From Sarea resinae (taxonomy: Eukaryota): a DNA stretch of 39,896 nt. A program made the position numbers and the translations under genes. The stretch spans positions 186,001 through 225,896 of the forward strand of contig JAPEUD010000037.1 in the NCBI GenBank assembly GCA_026026165.1, given 5' to 3'. The notes below the pieces were generated by a model that did no database searches, was not told where the DNA came from, and saw only the letters and a program-made list of their open reading frames with translations. Shown piece after piece: positions 1 to 11,802 of this stretch. How positions within the stretch are numbered: position 1 is the first letter of the stretch; each line of letters begins with the position of its first letter.

Positions 1-28
1 GGGTCCGTATGCATGGCGGGGAATTAAT

Positions 29-75
<47 letters not shown>
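29..75. repeat. (GCGGGC)n hexanucleotide microsatellite, 7 full copies plus a partial
   Basis: Read directly from the sequence. Confidence 0.95.
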
Positions 76-421
76 GAGAAGAGAGGCCGTCCGGGATGGC
101 AGGCGGCCGATGGGCTTGACTAGATTTGGCACGATCGGGATCAAGTAGGTCCGGTTGTGTTTGGGTTGATTACGGATCTGGCTTCTCCTTCGGACACGCC
201 GAGTAATCGGACAACCCATCTGCCCTCGACTTTGCTGAAGATGCAGTGGCTCGCGGGATGAGAGACAGACAGACAGACCAAAGAGAAAGGATACAGCTGG
301 TTGTTCCAAAATGCAGCACTGACGCACGCTACATCAAGAATGCAATGCATGGAGGATATTCGCTACAACAAGCTATAGCACGCACAGCTTTCTCGGCTCT
401 GAAACACAAGCAAAGGAGTGA

Positions 422-3016
422 TCAAGCATCATCTCTCTTGCCCCTTATTGTCCCAAGCTTGAACTCCTCGTTCATCAACGCTTCCCCTTTCTTTTCCCCT
501 TTCTTCCCCCCTCCAGGGCTGCCTGAATGCTCCTCGGGCCCGGCGTCCCCAAAAAGGAAGCCAACCTTGCCAGCCGTGCCGTCCTTTTTCCGAGCCTCGA
601 CGGGAAAAGGTGAAGAACTGACAAATTCGGATCGGCGTTGGTCTTCTCCAAGCATCCAAGAAAACGAAGACTGTGCAAGTGACGGCCGTGACTGATGGAA
701 TGGATGCGGTCCAAAACTCTCTCCTACCGTAGGTTTCTCGGGTTGGACCAACGGAATCGGAATGTCAGAATCAGGAGACTCATTTTGCGACGGACTCCGA
801 GTTTGCAAGGGTGCGGCTGGCTCAGATGATATCGGATGTTGTCCAGGGTTTGAAGACGACTTCTGCGGAGTGTTGGCGGACTCATTCGCGGTCACAGCCG
901 GCTCTAGGGGTGACGAGGGCTGCTCCTCGGGCTCGGAAACAGTGTTCGACGAAACTGACGTCTCGTTTTGTGTAAGACCTTCCGTCGTGAGGAGAGGTAT
1001 CGTAGGATCTTCTAAATAGACCTGCACGAATTGAACCTTGGCAACGGCTAGGCTGAGAGCCTCTGCAGCTGCTTTCTCTACAGATTCGCCTTCGCTAATC
1101 TCCTTCTGATGTTCCCAAAGTCCCTCTAGTGACTCTTCTAGCATCTTGGCCAAATTCTTGTTCCTTGCCTGAAGAGCGTTGAGTCTCTCTGAAAGCCGCG
1201 AGGGCTCCGAAGAGCCAATACCCTGTTTGTCTGAGCTTGTCCTCGGGGAACGAAGGCCCGACGGCGCAACTTGTAAGTTTCGCTTCATATCTCCGACTAC
1301 TCCCCGCACAGCCTGATTGATACCCCATTTCTCGCCTCGACTGAAAATTTCTTTTGCAGCATCATGTAAGACTGCGTCGAGGCCAGCCTGTTGAGGAAGA
1401 TGATTTCGAGCTGAGCCCAAGGGTGACCGAAACCGAGGAGCTTGTTGCCTCGGTGGTGATGCGGGTGCATTAGTAACCGCACGATTGGCACCTCTGCTAC
1501 TTGGAATCTTTGCACCCTTCTTTTGTCGTGCTGGACTGCCTTGAGGATATCCGGATATTACCTGAGCGGCTCCGTCGGAAAGGGGATTATCTCGCAGGTG
1601 TAGAGCATCGCGGACTAGACTCTGTGGCCCATTGGGTGCTAGAAGAGGGGGATATCTGAGCAGCAAGGTGAAAGCCGTTGTGTAGTCCGCTGCGATCACT
1701 ATAGAATATATTTGATTCAGAGTCAGACTCGTAGGATCGGCTAAACCACTTACGTTGTTCTCGGATCCGCAGCAACATCGCTACGCATATAAGATCAACT
1801 AGGTCCAGCCCAGGGTCTTCCGAGAAGAGAACGTCCCACAGGGCGAGGAGTTCGTCGAAGGGGAATTCTCGACCGAAAAGCAATCGCACCCAGCGACTGG
1901 AACACGGTCAGGTTTGTCCGCAATCTGCTGCCCAATATGAAGGAAGGCTGACATTACAAATACCTGTGGTAACACGCCAATCTCCGTCAATCTGTGCGCT
2001 AGCTCTGGATCTGCTTCCGCCAGATACTGTTCATGTATGCGTTTGCTTCGCTGGACTATTGGAGGTTCCTCTGATATAGAGTCCTTAGATCCTCTAACTG
2101 GTCTATAGCTCTCAGCTTGCTCGCCAGCTTCGTAGAAGGCCTTCGCAGAACGCATAATCAATGTGAACAATGTGAAAGCATCATGCTCGACAAATCCAGG
2201 ATCAAGAGTCTGCAGCATTAACTTGTCATTCTGCCCCCCAACCCTGGCTTTCTCAAAATCCTCCGGATTGATTGCATCTGTCTCCACCGCCCATAAGACT
2301 GGAGCCAATATTTCGTGCATGCCCTGACGATATCCGAGATCCTGATTCAGCTTGCAGAAGACGAAGAGGATATCAAGAAGCATCGTCTGAGTGGAGGGTT
2401 GGCGAAAATAGGAATTCTCCGGCACGCATCTCTCTACGTCCTGAAAGATCTCGGCCCTAAGCTCTTCATCCTGACGAAGGGTCATCCAGGGTGACTTTCA
2501 AGACTTAGTAAGAGGTCAGAGTAGATTGCTGGCGGATCTCTAGGGCCGAATGTTCATGAAAGGTGCAACTTCTCTCGAAGAGTACTGCTTACCTTTTCAT
2601 CTTCGGCGAGAGGATCCAAAGCCGAATCAAACTCATCTGGGTGCTCAATGTTTCGAAGGAAGTGCGCACGTAGCGAGGTGTAGGCATCCCTCGTATCCAA
2701 GAGATTCTTTGACCATGTTGAACGATCCAAGCTCCCGAAGAGTAGGAAGGCCTCATAATAGCATTAATGGGATGGGACATAGTAGCAACCCAGAAAGTAA
2801 TTCTGCTCACCTTCCAGCATACCGATCTCTCTCCAATGACACAGGGACTCTGACCGTCTCCATCCTTCACGGCCTCTTTGAGCTCCGAGAGGGTCGCAGC
2901 GTTGGCAAATGAGGCCTGCCATCTCAGTCTGGTGTCGAAAGCTAATCAGTAGAGAAGAAAAGGCGCAGTGCCATGAATGCCCAAAACGCTTACTTGGAGT
3001 CTTCGAGAGATCTCAT
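422..3016 (-). CDS. TBC-domain Rab GTPase-activating protein (TBC1D5-like), about 6 exons
   Basis: ATG at 3016 (MRSLEDSK). Exons 3016-2994, 2928-2811, 2751-2593, 2494-~1953, ~1896-1753, ~1698-422. TBC motifs RSVCWK, EIFQDVERC (Arg finger), GYRQGMHEILAP (Gln finger) and IRWVRLLFGREF. Confidence 0.9.
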
Positions 3017-3612
3017 GGTGTTGGATCAGAGCGCTCGCTATGGCCAAGCCCGACTCTCATTCACTTCCTGATATCACCGGCTGTCATGTCGTCCCTTGTC
3101 GCTCATAATAATATGTACTAGTGGGCTATAGATGATAAGGTACGCGTTACCTACGGAGTTGAAGCTTGAAGCTGGTATGACGACTGTCGCATCACCCTAC
3201 GGCTTCTTCCGCTGGCGATCACGATGGCCCTTGATGCGCTTCTGTGCTGTTGTTGACGCCGATGCGTGCCTTTCCTCTTCACCTCCAAGGCTCATCTTAC
3301 CATAGTAAGAAACCTGAAGCAATCGAACCCCAAGTAGGCTATACGTGATTTCCGTACTAGGTAGTACTCCATCATACTGAAGAGTCAATCATCCAGAACT
3401 GCAGCTTATCGGCCGGCAGCATCTGGTCCGGCATCGGGCTTCCTCGTACCTATGTAGGCGGTGGGGTTCTGCCGGCTCTGAATACATCATGTTTATCAAC
3501 CCTACCAAGTCTTCCCTAGACCTTTTCCCGTCTTCGCTCCATCTTCTCCCTCTCCTCTATACCCTCCCTTCACTTCACACCTCTAATCAGTCCGGCCCCA
3601 TCCAAGTTCCCA

Positions 3613-4939
3613 ATGGCGCTGCATGTCCGCCATCACCTTCCACGGCTACGCCCAATCTCTTCTCTGGTTCCTCTTGCACGAGCATCACCACCGACGTCGC
3701 GCAGCCTTCCGAAGCCATTCCCAACCATTCGCACATTCTCCATCTCGTCACAACAATGTCAACAGCTAACCCTAGCTTATGACCTACACAAGCCATCTGC
3801 TTCATCTTCCTCAAAATCCCAAGATGCTGTCGCGCCCATTATCTTTATGCACGGACTCTTCGGCTCGAAGCGCAACAATCGCACCATGAGCAAAATGCTG
3901 GCGAGGGACTTGAACACTAACGTCTATGCTGTCGTGCGTTGCCAGTCTCCATCACTGAATACATTCGGGAGTCGATCTGACCTGCACTTCGCAGGACCTC
4001 CGCAACCATGGCGACTCCCCTCATGACGCACGCCATGACTACAGTGCCATGGCCGACGACATTGAGGGATTCATTGCCGAGCACAAGCTCGAAACACCAA
4101 CGCTGATCGGGCATTCGATGTATGCCCTCTTCTTTCCACCAACCCTCTATACCTACACTGTCGGCATCAGCTGACAGCGGAAGAGGGGTGCCAAAACAGC
4201 CATGGTAGTTGCGTTGCGAAAGCCGGACCTAGTCAGCAGTATTATACCGGTCGATAATGCGCCCATCGATGCGGCATTACAGGGCTACTTCGGGAAGTAT
4301 ATGCAGGGCATGAAGAAAATTGAGGCAGCACGAGTCAAAAGTCACAAGGAGGCCGATGCAATCTTCCAGGAGTACGAAAAGGTAGGAAAGAGACACTGGC
4401 ATTTTTGAAAAACGGCGCATATGCCAAAGTTGATGTGCTAATTTTCAATGCTAATGTTCAAAATCGTCAAAGGACCTCCCAATCAGGCAATTCATTCTGA
4501 CCAACCTGACGCACACCAACGATCCAGAGACCCAAGAACAGTATTTCAAATTCAGAATCCCGCTAAGCTACCTCGCGGCCGCCCTGGACAAAATGGGCGA
4601 CTTCCCCTTCAAGGACCCAGACACGACGCGCTTCGTCAAGCCAACTCTTTTCGTTCGCGGTACCAAAAGTCACTATGTCGCCGACGAGGCCCTGCCTGTC
4701 ATCGGCCAGTTCTTCCCGCGCTTCGAGCTCGTCGACATCGATTGTGGACATTGGGTCATTGCGGAGGAGCCGGAGAAGTTCAGGAAAGGTCTGTCCCCTT
4801 TCCTATTTTCCGCAATTTTGCTTTTCGCCCCAGATATCATCTCTCCCATGCCCTATTGGCATATCGAATTGTGGGCCGATTGCTAATTCGAATCGCAATG
4901 GTAACAGCTGTGGTGGAATTCCTCACGAATAAAGACTGA
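3613..4939 (+). CDS. Mitochondrial alpha/beta hydrolase (ABHD11/Eat1/Imo32-like), 5 exons
   Basis: Exons 3613-3933, 3995-4119, 4186-4381, 4473-4788, 4908-4939 stay in frame. Motifs HGLFGS, DLRNHG, GHSMG (nucleophile elbow), VDNAP and GHWV. The Arg/Ser-rich, acid-free N-terminus looks like a mitochondrial presequence. Confidence 0.9.
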
Positions 4940-5221
4940 GGCCGAGGCACATAAACGTAGAGATAGAGCGCGAGCGATGATGTACGATGCCATGCATATT
5001 GCTGCTGCCATCAGTCCTGCTAGGCTTTCTGCCACGAATGCAGCATATGGTAGATCTTGTGTATGATTGAGTGACGGTCCAGCCATTGAAAAATAGCCCT
5101 CGGGCTTCTGTAGGTCAGGAATCATTTTCATGATTGATTCGTTCATCAAGAGAAGGTCCATATGGCGGCGCGATATGAAGCACGACAACGAGATCGGCGT
5201 TCGGAATGCCATTCTCGGACT

Positions 5222-6455
5222 TCATCCCTCGTCACTCTCCTCATCAAAATCTCCCTCATCATCCTCATCATCCCGTCTCGGTCTCCCGGGGGCCCTTCTC
5301 TCATTGGCCCCAGGATCGTTCCCTATCTTGTTTCTGCCCCATCCACTCCCAAGATTCAAACTCCTCTGAATTCTCTGATCCAGGTCCTCGGCCTCGTCCG
5401 CGGCATACACAGTCTTGATCATGCCTGCCACGCCTTCCGGCCCTATTTCAACCTTGCCCCTTGGTCCAACCATGTACTCCACTACTTCCTCACCAGAGCT
5501 CGCATCCCGGAATTTGACGAGGTAGCCTTCCTTGCACAGTCGGGCTAACAGCCGTTCCGTCCTGTCGATAGGGGTATATTGGTCCGCATTTGCGCGGCGC
5601 ATATAACGCTCGAGTTTAGCTTCACTAATGGAGCCACCGGAAAGGGAGATCAGTGCAATGATGAAGGTGTAGAGGCCAATGTAGGTACTTTCTGTCGTAG
5701 AAGTAGGGACGTGCGGCGGAGGGATGATGGTAGGGTTAGAAGCATATTTACTGGGGAGGATGGTAGTTAGGACCCAGGCTTTACTGGATGTGGAGGCTTT
5801 GTCGGCGCGCTGGGCGGCTGAAACAAATGCGCGGTCAGCTTCTTCAATGTCTGGAAGTTGGTTTGATGTTGCGAATGGCATGTACATGTTCTATCGAACA
5901 ATGGCCGGAAGCATAGTCTCAGAGAGATTGAACGAAACTTACCTCGGCGTTGGCTTATGGTGACTTTCTCTTTGATGGGTAGCTCGATCATCTCCATACC
6001 AAATTTATCCCGTAGCTGCGTCTGTGCCTCCTCAAACACAGCTTTGAACTGTCGACTATATTGCCCCAACACTATGGAAGCGAAAGAAATCATTCCATCA
6101 GCAAACATTCGCTCTGAGTAGATCTGTTGCTCGCGCCAATCACCGTGGCTGACCTTTGGTACCGACATCTGCTCTCCGAATCGGCTGCCGAGCATACTCG
6201 CTCGCCAGCGCCAACCTCACAAGCTTCTTCACCATTTGGTCTCGCGACGCAGCATCGTCCTGTAACTGTGTCGTTTCGGCGTAGTCATCCCCGTCTTCTT
6301 CCACAGAGGCTGCGCTTGGGGATCGGCGGCGGCGCTGCGATTGAGTCCCTGGTTCGGGAGATTGTTCGGCGTCCTAGCATATGTCAGAAGGAATTCGTGG
6401 TCAAGCATGGGCACGGGATTTTTCTCACAGCGCGCCGTTTACGTACGAGCGGCAT
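5222..6455 (-). CDS. NSE3: Nse3/MAGE-family non-SMC subunit of the Smc5/6 complex, 4 exons
   Basis: Exons 6455-6429, 6373-6154, 6071-5943, 5817-5222 stay in frame. MAGE-like motifs EYARQPIRRAD, FGMEMIELP, KEGYL and EYMVGPRGKVE. Confidence 0.85.
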
Positions 6456-6595
6456 ATCCGCTGATTATATGAAATGCTGCGTACGTATGGCTACAAAGCA
6501 ACGAGATTGTGATGCACAAAGATGCTGGTCGCTGAGAAGGAAGTGAATCGTTTAGCTTGCTTGAAGATATCAAGACGGATGGTGAGGTGAAGACG

Positions 6596-6631
6596 ACGCG
6601 GTAGCCGAGATGTGTAGGACGCGAAGCGCGT
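6596..6631. promoter_or_regulatory. Cluster of MCB-like ACGCG cores upstream of NSE3
   Basis: ACGCG at 6596, ACGCGA at 6619 and GCGCGT at 6626, 140-175 bp upstream of the ATG. MBF sites are typical of fungal replication and repair genes; function here is inferred. Confidence 0.4.
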
Positions 6632-7270
6632 CTGAGATTAGAGACGAGGTACCGATTGCGCTGACGTCCTGCTACCGATAAGGTTGAGTGGGCTCCTGCT
6701 CGTAATTTTCCCCGGTTGGTCCTCAGAAGCTCTTGACACTTGATAGTCTTCCTTGTTGCTCTCCAAATTGATGAAGTGTGGCTTCAATATCACAAGGCCC
6801 GGTAGTGTTACTGTTAAGGAATGCCCGTGCTCAGTCTTTACAAGCATTAGTATCTACTCCGTAATTGGTCATCCATGGCGACGTCTCAACCCAGAGAGAG
6901 GTCCTGCAAGTGTGAAGCGTAAATACGAAGTCACAGTCAATCCCAGAGTCACGAGCATCGCCTCGTATTTGAAGACTGACCAGGAGTGAGAGCATTCGAT
7001 GGAGGAAGGAACCTGACTCGGAGAAGCCTGAAGCCATTACAGAGTGGATGTGCGCTTCTGCAACGGATGCTAAATTCATTCCTTGTATCAACGCACGCAG
7101 CTCTCCGAACGACCGTACCGCTACTCCTGACGGCAAATGATGCTGTCTATCACCTCTCTCCATGCTAATATCGCCAATCGCAAAGGTATTCCGCCACCAG
7201 CAACGACCGTAGACATAGAAAAAGCTACAAGCAAGGAGTCGTCTTCTTGCACCCGTTCATCCGCTCTTCG

Positions 7271-8001
7271 CTATTCGCTATCGCTGGCACTACCTGTTGG
7301 TCCCTCATCGTCCGATTCCTCTACAACGTCGTTGCCGGCTGTCATCGCGTATTCGGCCTTCTGCAGTATCGATCTCAGTTCCGTATTACGAGGATCCACC
7401 AGGTCGATAGCTCGTAATTTGCCCTTGTTCCGTAGTCTATCTCGGTCAGAATCCCATGTCTAACTTACGTCTCAGAGCTCCAGACATAAGTTGTGGACTA
7501 ACCTTGGATCCGCGCCAGCATCTAATAGTAACTCAACAATCCCATTGCCCACCTCCCAATCCCCTTTCGAGAGACCGTTAGTATACCTCACTGCTTTGTG
7601 CAAAGGAGTATCCTTCTCTAGCCTATCCAGCGGATCCACCTCCAGTCCCTCTTGATCTAACAGCATGTCGAGAACTTCGTCTACGCGCGCCATACGAGTC
7701 AGTTTGCTTTGTTGCGCATATATCTGGCCACAGCAACTCACAACTTCCGTAGCTTGCAGCTATGTGCAGACAGTGGTTTCCAATACCATCTTGCGCATTG
7801 TTGAGTAGATTTGCTGTGCGCTCTACAGCAGAATCTTTGCCCAGTTTCGATATGTCTAGAAAGACTTCTGCGAGGAGGTCGGTGTTGTTTCGACGGCAGG
7901 ACTCTAGAAGAAGCTCGCGCGGAGATGCGCCCTAAGTGGAACATTGTGAGCTTGAATGGAAGATTACTCAAGTATGAGGGAAGACTGACCTCATCCTCCA
8001 T
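7271..8001 (-). CDS. Conserved small fungal ankyrin-repeat protein, 4 exons
   Basis: Exons 8001-7990, 7931-7742, 7680-7503, 7436-7271 stay in frame. Sequence GASPRELLLESCRRNN, ankyrin motifs DTPLHKAV and LLLDAGADPR, and an acidic tail. Confidence 0.85.
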
Positions 8002-8417
8002 CCTATTAGCCAGACGGTGGATCTGAAGCCTTTGCCCTGCGCAAGCGACTCCGGGTGTACAGTTGATCTGTGAGAAGGTGAGGAATGCCAAACACTGGGA
8101 ATAGCGATCGGAAGAAACCGAGATCAACAATCTTGCTTTCTGACTCAGTATTCAGTCTGTAGGAGCAGGAGCATGTAGTGAATGGAGCAGAAGGATTCTT
8201 CGACGATCTTCAGTTGTTCAAAAACAGTAAATCCAGTTTGCTTATTTAGAAGCCCGCGCGTCCTCAAACATCCCGCCGGGCATCCCACTACGGGTAGCCT
8301 GTGGAACCATGACCGCGCACGTCGGTCCCCGTAAATTTTGATTGATCGACTATCGATATGCTTGTGATCGCACATCTCTCGCAACGCCCCAGTAGCCTTC
8401 GCAGCCCGGCGAACAAG

Positions 8418-8878
8418 ATGCTTCTCTGTAAGTCGTAGCAGCAGGATTTTTGCTGTCATGTCTAATCCAGCCCATCAGTTTGTCCAGCGTGTTCTAACGC
8501 CCTTACCGTGTCTCGAACGTTTGCTCACGATGACTACCCAAACGGCGTCAACCGGCTCGAATGCCGAACCTGCCCTTACGAATTCATATTGGAGAAGCGA
8601 TACTTTGAACGCACCGAAATGAAGAGGAAGGAAGTCGAGGATGTTATGGGCGGTCCTGGAGCTTGGGACAACGTCGACTCTACAAATGTTCAATGCGCCA
8701 ACTCGAGTTGCGAAGGGGACAGGGCTTTCTTCTATCAAGTACAAATCAGAAGTGCCGACGAGCCTATGACCACATTCTACAAGGTTTGTAGGATCCTCGT
8801 CCTTGAAATCTTCTTAATGGTCAAGCGCTCATTTTCGAATAGTGTACGACGTGCGCCACCAGATGGAAAGAGAATTAG
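8418..8878 (+). CDS. RPC11: RNA polymerase III subunit C11 (RPC10/RPC11), 3 exons
   Basis: Exons 8418-8427, 8479-8783, 8843-8878. MLLFCPACSN, CRTCPY and the TFIIS-like zinc ribbon QIRSADEPMTTFYKCTTCATRWKEN. Confidence 0.95.
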
Positions 8879-9095
8879 GAGTATCATGCAATTTCAGGGC
8901 TGCATTTCGCGAGGGCTGTTCCGCGGCGTTCAAATGCATACTCCATGGAGAACACGGCGTTACTTTTATAGATAGTCAAATACCACAAGAAATCTTGCTC
9001 ATCGCATATTTTGTGCCCTGCCTAAAATCCTCGTGTCTCCAGAGCTGTGACTTCTCCAGAACGCCTTCTGCTCCCTTACTCTGTATTCGCGCTGC

Positions 9096-9592
9096 CTATA
9101 CTCCCTCTCTAGTATTCCCGATTGTCGATGTGATACCCGCTTCAATCATTCGCCCCACGGTATCCGGACTCAGTATGTCCTGCCTAAATTTTTCCTGTTG
9201 AAGCAGTTCCAAGGCTTTCAGAGTAGGGCCTGGATAACTGTGGAATGGTTGACCTTGCATCAGCAAACCCGCCCTGTCCAGCCTGTATACCAAAGAGGCC
9301 GAGCACATACGTCAGATATTTGGCGTACTTGGGCTCCTTGAAGTATTGAAGATAGCCAAGGTAGGCGACGAAGCTTGAATTATCGAGAAGCTTTTGAGAT
9401 GCCAGATGATTCAAGTACCATGGATTTGCAAGGCATTGAACAAACTGAGAGATCCTGTCAGCCTTATGGTTTTGATAAGATCTTGTATGAAGTGTCTACC
9501 TCCAACTCTAATTCGAAGCGTGTGTAGCCGCCATAACGAAGCTCATCCGCCGGTTGGCTAGCAGGAGCGTCGCCTGGCGATGGCTGAGCCAT
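9096..9592 (-). CDS. SOH1: Mediator subunit MED31/Soh1, 3 exons
   Basis: Exons 9592-9500, 9444-9311, 9237-9096. TRFELELEFVQCLANPWYLNHLA, YLQYFKEPKYAKYLTYPGP and LELLQQEKFR. Confidence 0.95.
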
Positions 9593-11802
9593 GATGCGGC
9601 TTCCTGGCGATCACAGCCTTGGAACCTAAGCTAGGCAGGTCGCATACTAAACGGGAGGGCAGGGTGTGCAGAAACTCCTCCTCTGTTCTCATCTCATGAT
9701 CCGACGGAGAAGAATCAATCGGGGATCGTGAATGGAGTTATATTTAGAAGATGGACCTTGACCTTTCCGTCCACTACAGGCCAAATACGAAGACAAAAGA
9801 GTACCTAGCCGGCTCACGTACTCGAAAGTAGGTCGATGATGATGGCCTAGGACTGGGGATGATTATCTTGACCTAAGGTACCTACGAAGGTATTGTACTC
9901 TACTCGGAGTACTCGGGCGAGTACTTCGTACATCCATTACGGAGTTCCTTAGCTAAGGTACCTAGTACTCTACTAGGTCGAAAGGTCGGTACCCCGTATG
10001 GTTACGATTCTCGTTAGCACGAAGTAGCCGTGTTGACGATTGCCATTCTAGTACCCCTTGAACCGAGAGTGCGGTATGGAAGTTAGCTCAACGTCCATCT
10101 TCCTTACCGCCCTCGTGACCGAATTGACGTGGTATTAGTGAGAGTACATCATCTACTCTTCTCGATAGTCTCTGATGAAATCAGGCCTCATTTTACGAAT
10201 GTACGAGATTTTCTCCGCCTGATCCGCCCTCGTCAAGTCAGTCATCCGGCGCCGTCACTGCTCTGTATGCATCTGGCGCATTATTGTGTGGATGCGCTGC
10301 GAGCACCCTCTCACTTTCTCCAGCCTCTGCGCATCTTAGCTGCGCTTGATTACGTCCAGGGCTGTATTTACTGCGAGCAGAGGAAGAAGAAAAGCCATGC
10401 CAAGACGCTCGTCTAACACCACCCTCCCTGGTGTCCCTCACGAGCGTACCTTACTGATATCGGAGAGACACACCACTAGCCTCGCTCCCGAGTTTGATTG
10501 GGTGCAGGACGCCACCACTTGAGGGGCTGGCTGATGGGCCAGGGTCCGATGTTGAATGTGAAGGTGGGGATCGGGTTCTTGGGAATCTTTTGATTGCTCG
10601 GTGCGAATCCAAGATACCACGCAGGATCCAATAGACTGCTTGTTTGAATCGCACTGCTTGGTATGAGCAGGTACTTGAGCATCTAGAATTTCGTGTCACG
10701 AATGCGTAAAGACTGCAGCCGCGGCCGCCAGAGGGGCAGTGAAGAGAGCTAAATGTAGCGGGTTGGATTCAGAGTATGTACCAAAGGTAACGTCCCTGAT
10801 GCTGTTCTCTGGTCGAATTTGGATTCGATTCGCCCTGACACCAGTACCTGAAACTTCTAAAGACGCGTAGCTTCGTCGATCGATTTGGTAGGGATACTTG
10901 CGAGCAGGACAGGCATGGCGGTTCTGGCCTCCTGGGCTGCTATGGATTTGCAGTAACCCCTCGATGCCCACCTGGACGTGTTGCCTTACGTCGTCGTCAG
11001 CTGCGTCGATTCTCTTCGGATCTCGTCCTCTCCTCTTCTCCTCTGCACACCGGCCACTTCGCTGGAAGTTCCAGTGCGTAAGGTACAGGTAGGCAAGCCG
11101 AGAAGGGGCAGCCTACTCAGCAGCAGACTCGAAGTAGGTACAAATTCTTCCTTCTTAGTACTCGAGTAGCTTGCGCAACCTTAAGTTAAGGTTGCCCCTG
11201 GGAAAGTTCGTTCCATTCGCACTTTCACCTCTCCCGAGCAGTGCCGTGCCGTGGAAAGGACTGTGGACGACAGCGCACGGTCGAAGTCGAGCAATCGAGC
11301 TTACGGAGTACTACTTCACCACCGGTCCCGTACCTATTTCCTTGCCTACCTTACCTTAGTAGGTAGGTACCTCTCACTACCTTACTCCTTACAATAGCGC
11401 AACACATTCCATCCCGACTTCTGTCCCTTCTTTACCTGCTCTTTACTCCTCATGCCCGACCTCACTCTCTCACTCACTGAGCTTTCATTGGAATTGTGAC
11501 ACTCTCCCTCGTTTGACAGCATTGACTCCTTTGCCCCCACGGCGGATAGGCTCTCTTACTTGGCTACTCTACCATTCAATCCTCAAACGGATCAACAGGT
11601 GTACGGCGTTTCACCAAGGAAAGACTCGCCACAAGACAGTCCATAGAGTAGTTCTTCCGTCTTTCCATCTCGCCTGACTTCTGGGGAAGGGTCCCCTCCG
11701 ACACATTTCGCGTCCCTTCAGAAATCAGGGCATCGTCGATCAAGCATCCATCCTTTGTCTTCCTGCGACAATTAACTGCAAGGATCCCGATCAGTCACAA
11801 AG

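Noticed and set aside
4883..5212. 109-aa ORF in frame just after the NSE3 stop (possible readthrough)
   Set aside because: TGA-AGT is not a known leaky context, there is no recognisable motif or targeting signal, and it runs antisense into the 3' end of the hydrolase gene.
3765..5740. TAACCCTA / TAGGGTTA telomere-like words (possible telomerase RNA template)
   Set aside because: Both single copies (about 3767 and 5731) lie inside protein-coding exons, and I saw none in the large intergenic regions.
6638..7168. Short ORFs between NSE3 and the ankyrin gene
   Set aside because: No recognisable motif or convincing exon structure; likely UTR and promoter.
7437..7502. Internal GTAAGT in ankyrin intron 3 (stwintron-like?)
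   Set aside because: It lies only about 33 nt from the acceptor, too short for a nested intron, and the single intron already restores the frame.
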